Source: a virus (lineage: Duplodnaviria > Caudoviricetes). Taken from it: 64,000 bases of DNA. Shown here in pieces: positions 35,448 to 45,169 of this stretch (positions are counted from its first letter, which is position 1; each line of letters opens with the position of its first letter). Under the pieces are notes generated by a model. The model was given only the letters and a program-made list of their open reading frames with translations. It did no database searches and was not told where the DNA came from. Location of the stretch: positions 19,911 through 83,910 of IMG/VR virus record IMGVR_UViG_3300037714_000131; one strand, written 5' to 3'. The position numbers and the translations under genes are program-made.

Positions 35448-36132
35448 AGCCTACGCCGCCGCCTTCGAGCGCGAGCGCGTCAACGAATATCCGGTGATCG
35501 ATGCGCTTGAGGCTCGCCTTGGCTTCGCTGTCGATCGCGAGCGCCTTGAAGCAGCAGCACGAGTGCTGGCGTGTCCAGTGAAGAAGAATCCGCCGAACTG
35601 GGCTCACGGTAGACTCCTGTATGCGCTTGGACGGTCATATCTGGCGCATGACGCCGGGGAACAATATTGGCTCGACGTGGGATCTGCTAAGGGCTACAGC
35701 GCTGTCTGCATGGCCTGGGCGTTTGATGACAGCGCACGTGAAGGCAGAGTGCTGTCGATGGATGTCATCGATCCGAACAGCCGCGAGCCGCGCAACTCCG
35801 TCGATGACAGCAAAACGCTCGCCGAGTTCACGCAGGATTATATGCCGATGGGCAGCGATGTCATGTTCATGCGGGGCTCGGCCGCTGATGTCATCGGGAA
35901 CGGTGAGCCAGAGCGTATCAACTTCGCCTTCATAGACGGTTCTCACCAATACGAGAACGTGAAGTCAGACATCGCCACCGTGACGCCACGCCAGCAATCC
36001 GGTGACATCATCCTGTTTGACGATCTCCAAGCTCCCGGCGTCGCCCGTGCCGTCAGCGAGTTGCAGGGGTATGACCTTGAGCATATCGAAGTCCTGCCGA
36101 CACGGAAATATGCAATCGCGGTGAAGCCATAA
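35431..36132 (+). CDS. Class I SAM methyltransferase (Methyltransf_24-like)
   Basis: LDVGSAKGYS, FAFIDGSHQYENV and LFDD. Confidence 0.85.
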   Translation: MQRTPEAYAAAFERERVNEYPVIDALEARLGFAVDRERLEAAARVLACPVKKNPPNWAHGRLLYALGRSYLAHDAGEQYWLDVGSAKGYSAVCMAWAFDDSAREGRVLSMDVIDPNSREPRNSVDDSKTLAEFTQDYMPMGSDVMFMRGSAADVIGNGEPERINFAFIDGSHQYENVKSDIATVTPRQQSGDIILFDDLQAPGVARAVSELQGYDLEHIEVLPTRKYAIAVKP

Positions 36133-36761
36133 TGGGTATCGGTCCTGTCCACTGGACGCTGGTCCAGTCTCTCGATCTGCCGTCAGGCTTCACCGTCTGC
36201 GAACTCGGCAATCAGATATACCTGCTTGACGGCAAGCGCGGCGACGGCGAAGAGCTTTACCGCAGTCTCGGCTGCTCGCGTTACACCAACATCGACGGCA
36301 ATGGCGACGGTCTGATCGAGGCCGATCTGAATTTCCCGCTCGAACTCAAATGGCCCGGCGAGTTCGATCTCGTCACGGATTTCGGCACCAGCGAACACGT
36401 ATTCGATTTCGCCCAATGCTGGCGGACAATCCACAGCCTGTGCAAGCCCGGCGGGCTCATCGTCTTCGACAAGCCTTATCAGCGCTACAAGGATCACGGG
36501 TTCTACAACGTTCACAAGACGCTGATCAAGGACATCGCGCGGGCGAACCGTTATGAAATCCTCCGTCTGATAAAGGATACCAGCAAGGATGGCGAGCGCT
36601 GGATCGGCGTTTACCGGCGCACGAGCGAAGCGCCCTGGCAAAATCCGAACCAGGGAAAGTACACCAAGCGTCTCAAGGTCGGAGAGCAGGCCAATGCGTC
36701 TGGAAGACCGGCTCCGGGAACTCTACCAGCAGACGATGGGCTTGCCGCTCGATCTGAATGA
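36132..36761 (+). CDS. Class I SAM methyltransferase
   Basis: VCELGNQ, IDGNG, FDLVTDFGTSEHVF and LCKPGG. Confidence 0.8.
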   Translation: MGIGPVHWTLVQSLDLPSGFTVCELGNQIYLLDGKRGDGEELYRSLGCSRYTNIDGNGDGLIEADLNFPLELKWPGEFDLVTDFGTSEHVFDFAQCWRTIHSLCKPGGLIVFDKPYQRYKDHGFYNVHKTLIKDIARANRYEILRLIKDTSKDGERWIGVYRRTSEAPWQNPNQGKYTKRLKVGEQANASGRPAPGTLPADDGLAARSE

Positions 36762-37521
36762 CCCTCGCGGCTACAACGCAAAACTCCAGTGGCTGAAGCT
36801 CTATGACCAGATGCCGGAGCATATCGCCTGCTGCGACAAGATTGCTGTGCGGGAGTATGTCGCCGAGCGGATCGGCTCGCAATATCTGATCGACCTCTAT
36901 GCCGTCACGAACGACGTTGACGCGCTCTACCGCAAGCCGCCCTTCATGGCGAAGACCAGCCATGACAGCGGATCAGCGCGCGCGGTTCTGAGCGCGGCAG
37001 ATTGGCCGGAGATCAGGCAGCACCTCAGGAAGCGTTTCAAGCGTGCGTACGGCGTCGAGAAGGGCGAATGGGCCTATGCTCATATCCGCCCGCAATACCT
37101 GTCAGAGCGACTCCTGACGCTGCCTGTGACCGATTACAAATTCCATTGCTGCAACGGCAGCGTCAAGTGGGTGCAGATCATCAGCGAGCGCGAGGCAGTG
37201 CGTCCGGTGGAAGTGAATGTTGACCGGCGCGGACTGCCGACAGGCTTGCATCTCGACCATAAATTCCGGTGCAGCCATGAAGCGCCGAAGCTTCCGGCGA
37301 ACTGGAAAGAGATGACCGGCATCGCCAAGCGGCTCAGCGGGCCGTTTCGCTATGTCCGCGTTGATCTTTACAGCGTCAAGGGACGAACGTATTTCGGCGA
37401 ACTGACCTTCTGGCCGCGGGCGGGTTTTTACAGGACGGATGATGAAATGGCGTTCGGCGAACTGCTGGATTTCGATATGTCGTTCAAGCGTGAGCCGGTT
37501 GACTTCGCAATAATCCATTAA
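36694..37521 (+). CDS. TupA-like ATP-grasp protein
   Basis: KLQWLKLYD, CDKIAVREYV, KTSHDSG, DYKFHCCNG, YVRVDLY and YFGELTFWP. Confidence 0.85.
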   Translation: MRLEDRLRELYQQTMGLPLDLNDPRGYNAKLQWLKLYDQMPEHIACCDKIAVREYVAERIGSQYLIDLYAVTNDVDALYRKPPFMAKTSHDSGSARAVLSAADWPEIRQHLRKRFKRAYGVEKGEWAYAHIRPQYLSERLLTLPVTDYKFHCCNGSVKWVQIISEREAVRPVEVNVDRRGLPTGLHLDHKFRCSHEAPKLPANWKEMTGIAKRLSGPFRYVRVDLYSVKGRTYFGELTFWPRAGFYRTDDEMAFGELLDFDMSFKREPVDFAIIH

Positions 37522-37534
37522 TGAGGAAAAGATC

Positions 37535-37780
37535 ATGGCGACAGTAACTATGCCTGTAGGTTTCGTTAAAGCTGAGTTTTTGGGGCGGAATGGATCTGGC
37601 CCAGTTAGCGTTCCCGGAGTCAAAGCTGGCGATGTGGTCGTCATGTACAGCAATGATAACCACGAACGCACTGAAATTGCATTTGAATGCACCATTACAA
37701 CGGATGACGAGGTCCACCAGTTCTACTCAGGCAATTGGTCTGGAGACACTTTCGTTATGGTTTTGCTTCGCGGCGTTTAG
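37535..37780 (+). CDS. Small beta-rich protein, possibly virion
   Basis: SD GAGGA; lower GC than the neighbours. Confidence 0.55.
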   Translation: MATVTMPVGFVKAEFLGRNGSGPVSVPGVKAGDVVVMYSNDNHERTEIAFECTITTDDEVHQFYSGNWSGDTFVMVLLRGV

Positions 37781-38496
37781 TGCGGCGAGAGAAAAGGTTG
37801 CCGCATCTTCAATGGCGGCAGTGCGGTGACAACCTCTACCACGTGAAGGTAGGCGCAGAAGAGATATATATTGCTTCGCAAACGCGCATCGCTAATTACC
37901 GCTTCGGTATAGCCAAGAGGAATGTTGCACTCGCTAAGCAATATGGCGCTGCGAACCTCGGGCCTCAGATGTGCGGCAAGGTCGTTATCGACGTGGGCGC
38001 GAATGTCGGGGAGTTCTCCCGCTTCGCGGCTGCCTTCGAGGCGAAGGTGCACGCGATTGAGCCGGACCCCCTGGCATTCGCGGCGCTGAAGAAGAACGCT
38101 AAAGGGCGCGGGATCAAGTGCCATCGCCTTGCGCTGTGGAAGGAAAACGCGACGCTGCCGCTCACGCTGATGACGAACAGTGCGGACAGCAATGTCCTCC
38201 CGATCGGCGCTGAATCAACGCTCCAGGTCAAAGGCGTTACGCTTAAACGGTTCATGGATGTCCTGAAGCTCGACGATGTCTTCCTGCTCAAGGCCGACTG
38301 CGAGGGTGCCGAGCCGGAAATGCTGGAAGGCGCAGGCGATGCGCTCCGGCGGATTTCCTACATCACCATCGATTGCGGGCCGGAGCGCTATCACCGGACG
38401 ACGGTCGATGAATGCGCGGCAATACTGAAGCGGTGGGGCTTCGAAGTCAACCGGCTCAACCAAAAGCGCGTCGTGCTTTTCTGCAAGCGAACTTAA
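37780..38496 (+). CDS. FkbM-family methyltransferase
   Basis: VIDVGANVG, AIEPDP and LLKADCEGAE. Confidence 0.88.
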   Translation: MRREKRLPHLQWRQCGDNLYHVKVGAEEIYIASQTRIANYRFGIAKRNVALAKQYGAANLGPQMCGKVVIDVGANVGEFSRFAAAFEAKVHAIEPDPLAFAALKKNAKGRGIKCHRLALWKENATLPLTLMTNSADSNVLPIGAESTLQVKGVTLKRFMDVLKLDDVFLLKADCEGAEPEMLEGAGDALRRISYITIDCGPERYHRTTVDECAAILKRWGFEVNRLNQKRVVLFCKRT

Positions 38497-39206
38497 TCAA
38501 GCCAAGCCCAACGGTGGCGCTTGTGTATTCCATAGACGGTTCCGTAGGGGATTCCGAGCTTGCTTGCGACATCACTACAAGAGAATTGTTCGCACAGTTC
38601 TCGAATTAACAAAACTTGGTCACGCGTTAATTTGGCTGATCCGCAGCGCTCGCCACGAGAGTGAGTGCCGTGAACGATCATATCTGATGCATTGTCGCCG
38701 CGCGTCTTCCATGTCAGATGTTTTTGATTGCAGCAACTTAGGTGACCGTTGCCGCAAAGATGCGCGGCTTCGTGCTTGGGGGTGGGCGGAGGGCCTTCTT
38801 TGCGTTCGCATACAAGGCGATGCACATAAAGCATTTTTCCTTCTATGGAGACTTGCCCATACCCAGCAGTGCTCTTTGCGTATGGCCAAAGCAGACACTC
38901 GTCGCCTATATGTGAATAGACGACCTCGGTGAGGTAGCGGTGTGGCTCGCCCTCGCATGTCCTACCGAGTAATGGATTCCCGTGCCGTTTCCACCGGTTG
39001 TAATGAATATGACAAAAACCACGAGCGTCGTGTGGTCTGTCGCAATCTTCTACTGAGCAAATTCCACCTTTGGTGTATTGAAGTATGTCGCCACCAACCA
39101 ATGGGTTGCGGTATTTCTTCCATCTCAAATAGTGAGCTTGGCACCATCCGCGCGATGCATGAGGCTTGCCGCATCCTGGAATAGAGCATATGCGTGTCGA
39201 AGCCAT
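38493..39206 (-). CDS. Free-standing HNH endonuclease with two N-terminal CxxxxC..RGxCxxHYxRW repeats
   Basis: VHRLVC...EAAHLCGN...CCNQKHL...DN; antisense to the late operon. Confidence 0.85.
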   Translation of the reverse strand: MASTRICSIPGCGKPHASRGWCQAHYLRWKKYRNPLVGGDILQYTKGGICSVEDCDRPHDARGFCHIHYNRWKRHGNPLLGRTCEGEPHRYLTEVVYSHIGDECLLWPYAKSTAGYGQVSIEGKMLYVHRLVCERKEGPPPTPKHEAAHLCGNGHLSCCNQKHLTWKTRGDNASDMIVHGTHSRGERCGSAKLTRDQVLLIRELCEQFSCSDVASKLGIPYGTVYGIHKRHRWAWLD

Positions 39207-39312
39207 TCTCGAACCTCCAATGTTCGGGCTTGGTTAGAGCGCGCCAAGGTGGATCAGACCTTCGGCGCGTTCGCCATTTGTAACCACCTTTTCTCAAAAC
39301 ATCAATGGCAAT

Positions 39313-40011
39313 ATGAAGAAGATCACCATAGTTTTCGCATACTACATGAACGCCTCTATGTTGATGAGGCATGTTGAAACATGGAGTTCATTCTCTGATT
39401 CTGTTAAATCAATGCTATCAGCAATAGTCGTAGATGACGGCTCGCCAACTAAGCCTGCCGTTGAAGTTCTTTCGGATATTGCTCACCCGATACCGATTAA
39501 ACTATTCCGTGTAGAGCAGGATATTAGGTGGAATTGGGGTGCATGCCGGAATATTGCCATGCACGAATCGTCAGGTGAATGGCATTTGCTGACCGACGCC
39601 GATCATTTGGTGTCGGAGGACTTGGCCAAGGCGTTGATCTACGGTGATCACGACGAAAGGAAGGTCTACAAGTTCGAAAGGCGAGAGCACACTGGCGAAA
39701 AGATCAAATCGCATTCGAATTCTTATTTCATGACAAAAGCCATGTACCAAAAGATAGGTGGTCATGATGAATCGTTTGCAGGATTTTACGGTGGAGATGG
39801 CCCTCACCGCAGGCTGGTTGAGAGCAAAGCAAAAGTCATCACGCTTCCCGATGAGCTGATCCGCTACGAGTATGTCGGCGACAGTTCAACCACGACATAC
39901 GAGCGCAAGACACGCGCAGATCTCGAACACCGACAGAAAGTTCTGAATGCGCGGAAATCCGGATGGAAACCGAAGACGCTTACCTTTGCCTACCACGAGG
40001 TAGCGCTTTGA
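39313..40011 (+). CDS. GT-A glycosyltransferase (GT2/GT7C-like)
   Basis: IVVDDGS, CRNIAM, LTDADH and GGHDESFAGFYGGD. Confidence 0.85.
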   Translation: MKKITIVFAYYMNASMLMRHVETWSSFSDSVKSMLSAIVVDDGSPTKPAVEVLSDIAHPIPIKLFRVEQDIRWNWGACRNIAMHESSGEWHLLTDADHLVSEDLAKALIYGDHDERKVYKFERREHTGEKIKSHSNSYFMTKAMYQKIGGHDESFAGFYGGDGPHRRLVESKAKVITLPDELIRYEYVGDSSTTTYERKTRADLEHRQKVLNARKSGWKPKTLTFAYHEVAL

Positions 40012-40787
40012 AGCCCATAACATTCGTAATATGGCTCTGGAGCGGCGCAACGATGGGCAAGGAGCGCGTCGAGTACATCGCGGATCACGCAAATCGGTGT
40101 GCTTCCATGATCCGGCGCAACTGCACTCTGCCGCATGAGATCGTGGTCGTTACAGACATGCCAGAAGGCATCGACAGTTCCATCCGCATCGTACCGCTGT
40201 GGGATGATCTCCGCAATCTGGGCAAGTGCTACACCCGGCTGAAATGCTTCGATCCGGCCATGAAGGACATCCTCGGCCCGCGTATCGTGTCGATCGACCT
40301 CGATGTCGTGATCACCGGCAGCATCGATCACCTGTTTGACCGCAACGAACCTTTCGTAATCTGGGGCGACCGCCTCGTTACCAACATCGCCAACAAGACC
40401 GCCTATTGCGGCTCGCTCTGGATGCTGGACATCGGCTACCGGCCGGACATCTTCTTTGATTTCGATCCGCAGGAAGCGCTGAACCTGCGCGAGACAGAGA
40501 AGCTGATCGGCTCCGATCAGGCCGTCATGTCTCACAAGATCAAGGGCGCACCGACCTGGGGCCGGAAGGACGGCATTTATTCCTTCCGGCTCGACATCAT
40601 GGCCCAGTTCGGGCGGCAGAAAGCGGGCTTTGGTTTCAAGAGCTTTGCTCAGGCCAAGCATCTGAATCAGAAGCGAAGCGGGGAGCTTCCCGAGAATGCG
40701 CGGATCGTGTTTTTCCATGGAGTGCATGATCCGTCTCAAACGCATCTGCACCCGGCCCACCCTTGGATCAAGCAATTCTGGAAATAG
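40008..40787 (+). CDS. GT-A glycosyltransferase (GT8-like)
   Basis: VVVTD, SIDLDVVITGSID, GSDQ and IVFFHG..DP. Confidence 0.8.
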   Translation: MKPITFVIWLWSGATMGKERVEYIADHANRCASMIRRNCTLPHEIVVVTDMPEGIDSSIRIVPLWDDLRNLGKCYTRLKCFDPAMKDILGPRIVSIDLDVVITGSIDHLFDRNEPFVIWGDRLVTNIANKTAYCGSLWMLDIGYRPDIFFDFDPQEALNLRETEKLIGSDQAVMSHKIKGAPTWGRKDGIYSFRLDIMAQFGRQKAGFGFKSFAQAKHLNQKRSGELPENARIVFFHGVHDPSQTHLHPAHPWIKQFWK

Positions 40788-40795
40788 GAGTACCA

Positions 40796-41479
40796 ATGCC
40801 TTATCGTATCACCGATCAGTTCATATTCACCGGCGAGCGTGTTCAAGTCGGGCAGCACCACACGGCGAGCATCCATGTCCCCATTCTTGATGCGACAGAA
40901 TCGGATGAACTTCTACTCAACGTCAAGGGACGACTCGCCGCCGGCGACAAGATTACACTAGTCTATCACGGGGCGGCCCTTGGGGAAGACCCACGCAAGC
41001 AGCGCCTGATAGAGGTCGGAGAAATCCGCGTGGTCGAAGTCGGGGACAAGTCCGTCGAGTTCCGCCGTGTTGGCGAGATCGAGCGTTATGAACCGCGCGC
41101 CAAGCCGAAAGCTGAAACGGTGGCGCCGGAGAAGCGTGAACTCAGGATCGAAAAGCGCCTCGCCGGCGGCTATGCCGTGAAGGACTCGGATAGCGATCAC
41201 GACCACGAATGGTTCGCCACGCTCCCCGAGGCAGTGGACTACGTGGCGCGCGAGGGCGATCAGGGGGCACCTGAGACGGTGATTGAGCAAGAGCCGCCCG
41301 AAGCCAAGCCGGAAGTCTCCGAGGGACCTGAAGCGGCTCCCATGACCGTTAAACGCGGTAAGGGAGAGTTCCTCGTCCTCGACGCCAATGGCGCGGCGCT
41401 GGAATCGTTCAAGACCAAGAAGCTTGCTGAGGAATATGCGGCGGCTTACGGGGCTCCGCAAGAGGCCGAAGCGGCCTGA
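40796..41479 (+). CDS. Hypothetical protein
   Basis: SD GGAG; 227 aa. Confidence 0.65.
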   Translation: MPYRITDQFIFTGERVQVGQHHTASIHVPILDATESDELLLNVKGRLAAGDKITLVYHGAALGEDPRKQRLIEVGEIRVVEVGDKSVEFRRVGEIERYEPRAKPKAETVAPEKRELRIEKRLAGGYAVKDSDSDHDHEWFATLPEAVDYVAREGDQGAPETVIEQEPPEAKPEVSEGPEAAPMTVKRGKGEFLVLDANGAALESFKTKKLAEEYAAAYGAPQEAEAA

Positions 41480-41504
41480 CGGCATCCGGACATGACTGAT
41501 TTGC

Positions 41505-41530
41505 AACCCGCTCTCGCAGCGGGTTTTTTA
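41505..41530 (+). terminator. Rho-independent terminator
   Basis: AACCCGCT-ctcgc-AGCGGGTT plus a T-tract. Confidence 0.8.
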
Positions 41531-41546
41531 TTGGAGAAATCCCCAA

Positions 41547-42179
41547 GTGGCCGATAAGACCGGGATTATCAACGTGGCACTCAGAAGGATCGGAGAGTCG
41601 AGAATTGTCAACCTCGATTCCGATACGTCGAAGGAAGCCCGCGCCGCCCGCGATCTCTACGAGGAAGCGCGCGATGATCTGTTGCGCTCGCATCCGTGGA
41701 ACTTCGCGCTCAAGCGCAAGAAGCTGGCCCAGCTCGCCACATCGCCGGTCTTCGGCTGGGAATACGGCTATGGCCTGCCGGCCGACTGGATACGCACCGT
41801 CTCGGTATATCCCTTTGACGGCTATGACAGCACGAATTGCGAATACCGGATGGAGACGCAGGACATATCCGGCACGCCGACGCGCGTCCTGCTCGCCAAC
41901 TCCAATCAGATTTATATGCGCTATGTGGCGCAGATCGCCAATGTCGCGCTGATGGCTCCGGATTTTCGCGAAGCCCTCGCCATGCGGCTGGCGCGCGATC
42001 TGTCTGTCGCGATGCAGAAGTCCTCCTCTGTCTACGAGATGATGGACAAGCAGTACAGGCGGGCGCTGTCCAACGCTCAATCCGTCGATGGGATGGAGGA
42101 TCATCCGGAGAGCTTCCGTGAAGGATCGTGGGTGACTTCCCGCCATCTCTGGGATGACTATTCACAGTGGGGTGACTGA
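41547..42179 (+). CDS. Tail tubular protein A / head-tail adaptor
   Basis: IINVALRRIG...LLRSHPWNFALKR...YGLPADWIR. Confidence 0.85.
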   Translation: MADKTGIINVALRRIGESRIVNLDSDTSKEARAARDLYEEARDDLLRSHPWNFALKRKKLAQLATSPVFGWEYGYGLPADWIRTVSVYPFDGYDSTNCEYRMETQDISGTPTRVLLANSNQIYMRYVAQIANVALMAPDFREALAMRLARDLSVAMQKSSSVYEMMDKQYRRALSNAQSVDGMEDHPESFREGSWVTSRHLWDDYSQWGD

Positions 42180-42181
42180 CC

Positions 42182-45169
42182 TTGGCACGCGCCGCGCCCT
42201 TACTATCAAGCCTGAACTCCGGAGAGTTCTCCCCCCGCATGACATCGCGGGTGGATTTCGAACGCTACCTCAACGCCTGCGCCCGCGCCCGCAACCTCGT
42301 TCTGCTTCCGCAAGGCGGCTTCACCAAACGGTCGGGGAGCCGCTACATCACCGGGATCAAGACGCAATCCCTGGTCGGCCAGCTTCTGCCGTTCCGGTTC
42401 TCGGCAACGGATTCCTACATCATCGAACTCGGCAATCAGTTTGCCCGTTTTTGCCGCTACCAAGCGCAATTGACTGTCGCCGATACCGACGCTGCGATCT
42501 CGAACGGCACGTTCACATCGAATATAACCGGCTGGGATGACCAATCAACCGGTTCTGGCGCGATCGCTCATGATGCCACGAACGGCCGGCTGCAACTGAC
42601 CGGTGCGGCGAATTCGATCGCCTGGGCGGAGCAGGATGTCACAACATCGAATACCGGCGTCGAGCATGTCCTGCGCTTCAAGTCCGAAGGCGCGCTCGGC
42701 GCATCGGTCTGGGTGCAGATCGGTTCGACTTCGACGGGCGAGGAACTGTTCGCCGAAACCGAACTCGGCATGGGCTGGCACACTATCCAGTTCACGCCGT
42801 CATCATCGCCCTTCTATGTGCAGTTCAGGAACAAGAACGATCCGGCAGAAACCATCTATATCGACGATGTCGATCTGCTGGACGACGCGCCGCTTGAAAT
42901 CGTGACCGATTACACGACGGCGCAATTGCCGGATATCCGCACGGTGCAGACGGCGGATGTGCTCTACCTGCTCCATCCCGACGTAGCGCCGCGCAAGTTC
43001 GAACGCCGCGGTGACAAAACATGGTCTCTGGTCACTGTTCCGTGGGATGATGGCCCCTATAATGAGCCGAATGAAGGGCTGGATGTTTCGCTCCGGCAGC
43101 TGATCAAGAACCCGGATTTCGAAGACGGCATCCGCAATTGGAGCGATGAATCCGGCACGGATGCAGGGATCGAATACGACGGTGCACAGAAGATTGCCAT
43201 CCTGACGCCGGGTGACGGAGCCAGCGAGCCCGCCATCATTGAGCAGGAAGTATCAACCGGCGCTACCGCAAGCAGCGCCTTTGTGCTGCATTTTCAAATT
43301 CTCGGTTCCAGCCGCTCAACCAACAAGACCAATCTGCAAATCGGGACGTCATCCGGTGGAACGCAGATCATGAGCGCGACAGAATACGAACAAGGCTGGC
43401 ACTCGATCAAGATATCATCCAGCGCTGCAACATGGTTCATTCGATTTAGCCTTCAGTCGACTTCAACCGCAAGCGTTCTCTACACGAGCGCGCTCGGCGG
43501 TGTTTTCCTCTATCGCGCCAATTCCCGGTTGCTGGAGCTTTCCGGCACGACAGGCGCCGTGACATGCACGGCGCTCGGCAATTTCGCACCATTCGCCTCG
43601 ACCGATGTCGGCCGGATCATCCGGTTCTCATGGCCGGGCAAGGAAGCGACATGGGGTGTCATCACGGCATACACCAACAACCAGACCGTGACCGTGCAGC
43701 TTCGGCGTGAAGCGGCTTACGCCAGCGTACCGACAGAAAACTGGCAACTTGGCTCATGGTCTGAAACCAACGGCTATCCCAAGGTCGCCGGTTTCTTCCA
43801 GTCCCGGTTTATTGCGGCCAACACCGATACGATGCCGCAGACGCTATGGTTCTCGCAAAGCGCGGACATAGAAAACATGCGCCCGGACAGCTTCGAGAGC
43901 CTGACGCTGCAAACGCAGGATGACGACGCGCTGATCTATACAATCAATTCCGCGCAGATTGATCCGATCTCATGGATCGCTGGCGAGCGCAAGCTTTTGA
44001 TCGGGACCGGCGGCGGGCAATGGGTGGCCGAAAGCTCGGGCGTTGCCATCACAGCGACGGATATCCAGATCAACCGCCATGCACCAGAGTTTTGCAAACA
44101 GACCGGAGCTATTGCCAGCGACGAAGCGATTATATTCATCGAGGCGTCCGGCCGCAAGATTTTCGATCTTGGGTTCCGGTACGAGCAGGAAACATTCCTC
44201 AGCGCTGACATCACGGTGCTTGCCGACCATATACTGAAATCCCCGGCCGAGGAAATCGCTTATCAGCGCAGGCCGTTCTCTCTGATATGGACACGCCGAA
44301 CCGACGGCAGACTGGCATCGCTCGCCTATGGCCGGCGTCAGGATGTCATAGGCTGGTCTCAGACCATTCTTGGTGGATCTTTCGGCAGCAGCGAACCTGT
44401 CGTTGAATCCATCGCGATCATACCAGGAAACGACGACGCCGGACAGGTGATGTCGTCGGACGAGCGCGATGAAGTCTGGATGATCGTCAAGCGCACGGTC
44501 GATGGCAACACGGTCCGCTATATCGAGATGTTCGAGCGCTATTACGGCGTCGTCGATGGCGAGCTGCGCGAGGATTCCGACACTGAAGCCGAATGGGAAA
44601 CTGCCGTCAAGGACGATATGAAGAACGCCTTCTACGTCGATAGCGGCATCACCTATGACAGCACGGCGACCGACACAATCAGCGGTCTTGATCATCTGGA
44701 AGGCGAGAGCGTTGTGGCGCTGGCTGATGGCCGTGTCGTCACCGGGCTGACGGTTGTCAGCGGCGCCATAACGCTTCCGTTCGAAGCCGAGAAGGTTCAC
44801 GCCGGTCTGCCGTTCACCTGGGAGTTCGAGACGCTGAAACTGGCCTACGGTACGCAATCCGGATCAGCGCTCACCAAGACCAAGGCGATTACCGCCATCG
44901 GCCTGGCGTTGATGGAATCTGGAACCTTCAAATATGCCTGCGTCACCTATGACCAGATCGACGGTCGGCGCGTTCACGAACTGCACGAACATTCGTTCAT
45001 GCGCGACGAGCTCGCGTTCGATGGGCCGATCCCGCTCTTTACTGGCGAACTTGTGCGGAAACCGGAAGGCATATCCGCAACCGATGCACGTATTTATCTG
45101 GAAGGAAGCGCGCCATTGCCGTTTACCTGCCTTGCGATTGCACCTCAAATGTCAGCGGGTGAGCGATGA
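42182..45169 (+). CDS. Tail tubular protein B / nozzle (T7 gp12-like)
   Basis: LNSGEFSPRM...QGGFTKRSGS, YPKVAGFFQSR, DVIGWS and FYVDSG. Confidence 0.88.
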   Translation: MARAAPLLSSLNSGEFSPRMTSRVDFERYLNACARARNLVLLPQGGFTKRSGSRYITGIKTQSLVGQLLPFRFSATDSYIIELGNQFARFCRYQAQLTVADTDAAISNGTFTSNITGWDDQSTGSGAIAHDATNGRLQLTGAANSIAWAEQDVTTSNTGVEHVLRFKSEGALGASVWVQIGSTSTGEELFAETELGMGWHTIQFTPSSSPFYVQFRNKNDPAETIYIDDVDLLDDAPLEIVTDYTTAQLPDIRTVQTADVLYLLHPDVAPRKFERRGDKTWSLVTVPWDDGPYNEPNEGLDVSLRQLIKNPDFEDGIRNWSDESGTDAGIEYDGAQKIAILTPGDGASEPAIIEQEVSTGATASSAFVLHFQILGSSRSTNKTNLQIGTSSGGTQIMSATEYEQGWHSIKISSSAATWFIRFSLQSTSTASVLYTSALGGVFLYRANSRLLELSGTTGAVTCTALGNFAPFASTDVGRIIRFSWPGKEATWGVITAYTNNQTVTVQLRREAAYASVPTENWQLGSWSETNGYPKVAGFFQSRFIAANTDTMPQTLWFSQSADIENMRPDSFESLTLQTQDDDALIYTINSAQIDPISWIAGERKLLIGTGGGQWVAESSGVAITATDIQINRHAPEFCKQTGAIASDEAIIFIEASGRKIFDLGFRYEQETFLSADITVLADHILKSPAEEIAYQRRPFSLIWTRRTDGRLASLAYGRRQDVIGWSQTILGGSFGSSEPVVESIAIIPGNDDAGQVMSSDERDEVWMIVKRTVDGNTVRYIEMFERYYGVVDGELREDSDTEAEWETAVKDDMKNAFYVDSGITYDSTATDTISGLDHLEGESVVALADGRVVTGLTVVSGAITLPFEAEKVHAGLPFTWEFETLKLAYGTQSGSALTKTKAITAIGLALMESGTFKYACVTYDQIDGRRVHELHEHSFMRDELAFDGPIPLFTGELVRKPEGISATDARIYLEGSAPLPFTCLAIAPQMSAGER

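Noticed and set aside
34494-40787. DNA hypermodification cluster
   Set aside because: No nucleotide-pathway enzymes (kinase, thymidylate synthase, polymerase), and the cluster sits within the late structural operon; not excluded experimentally.
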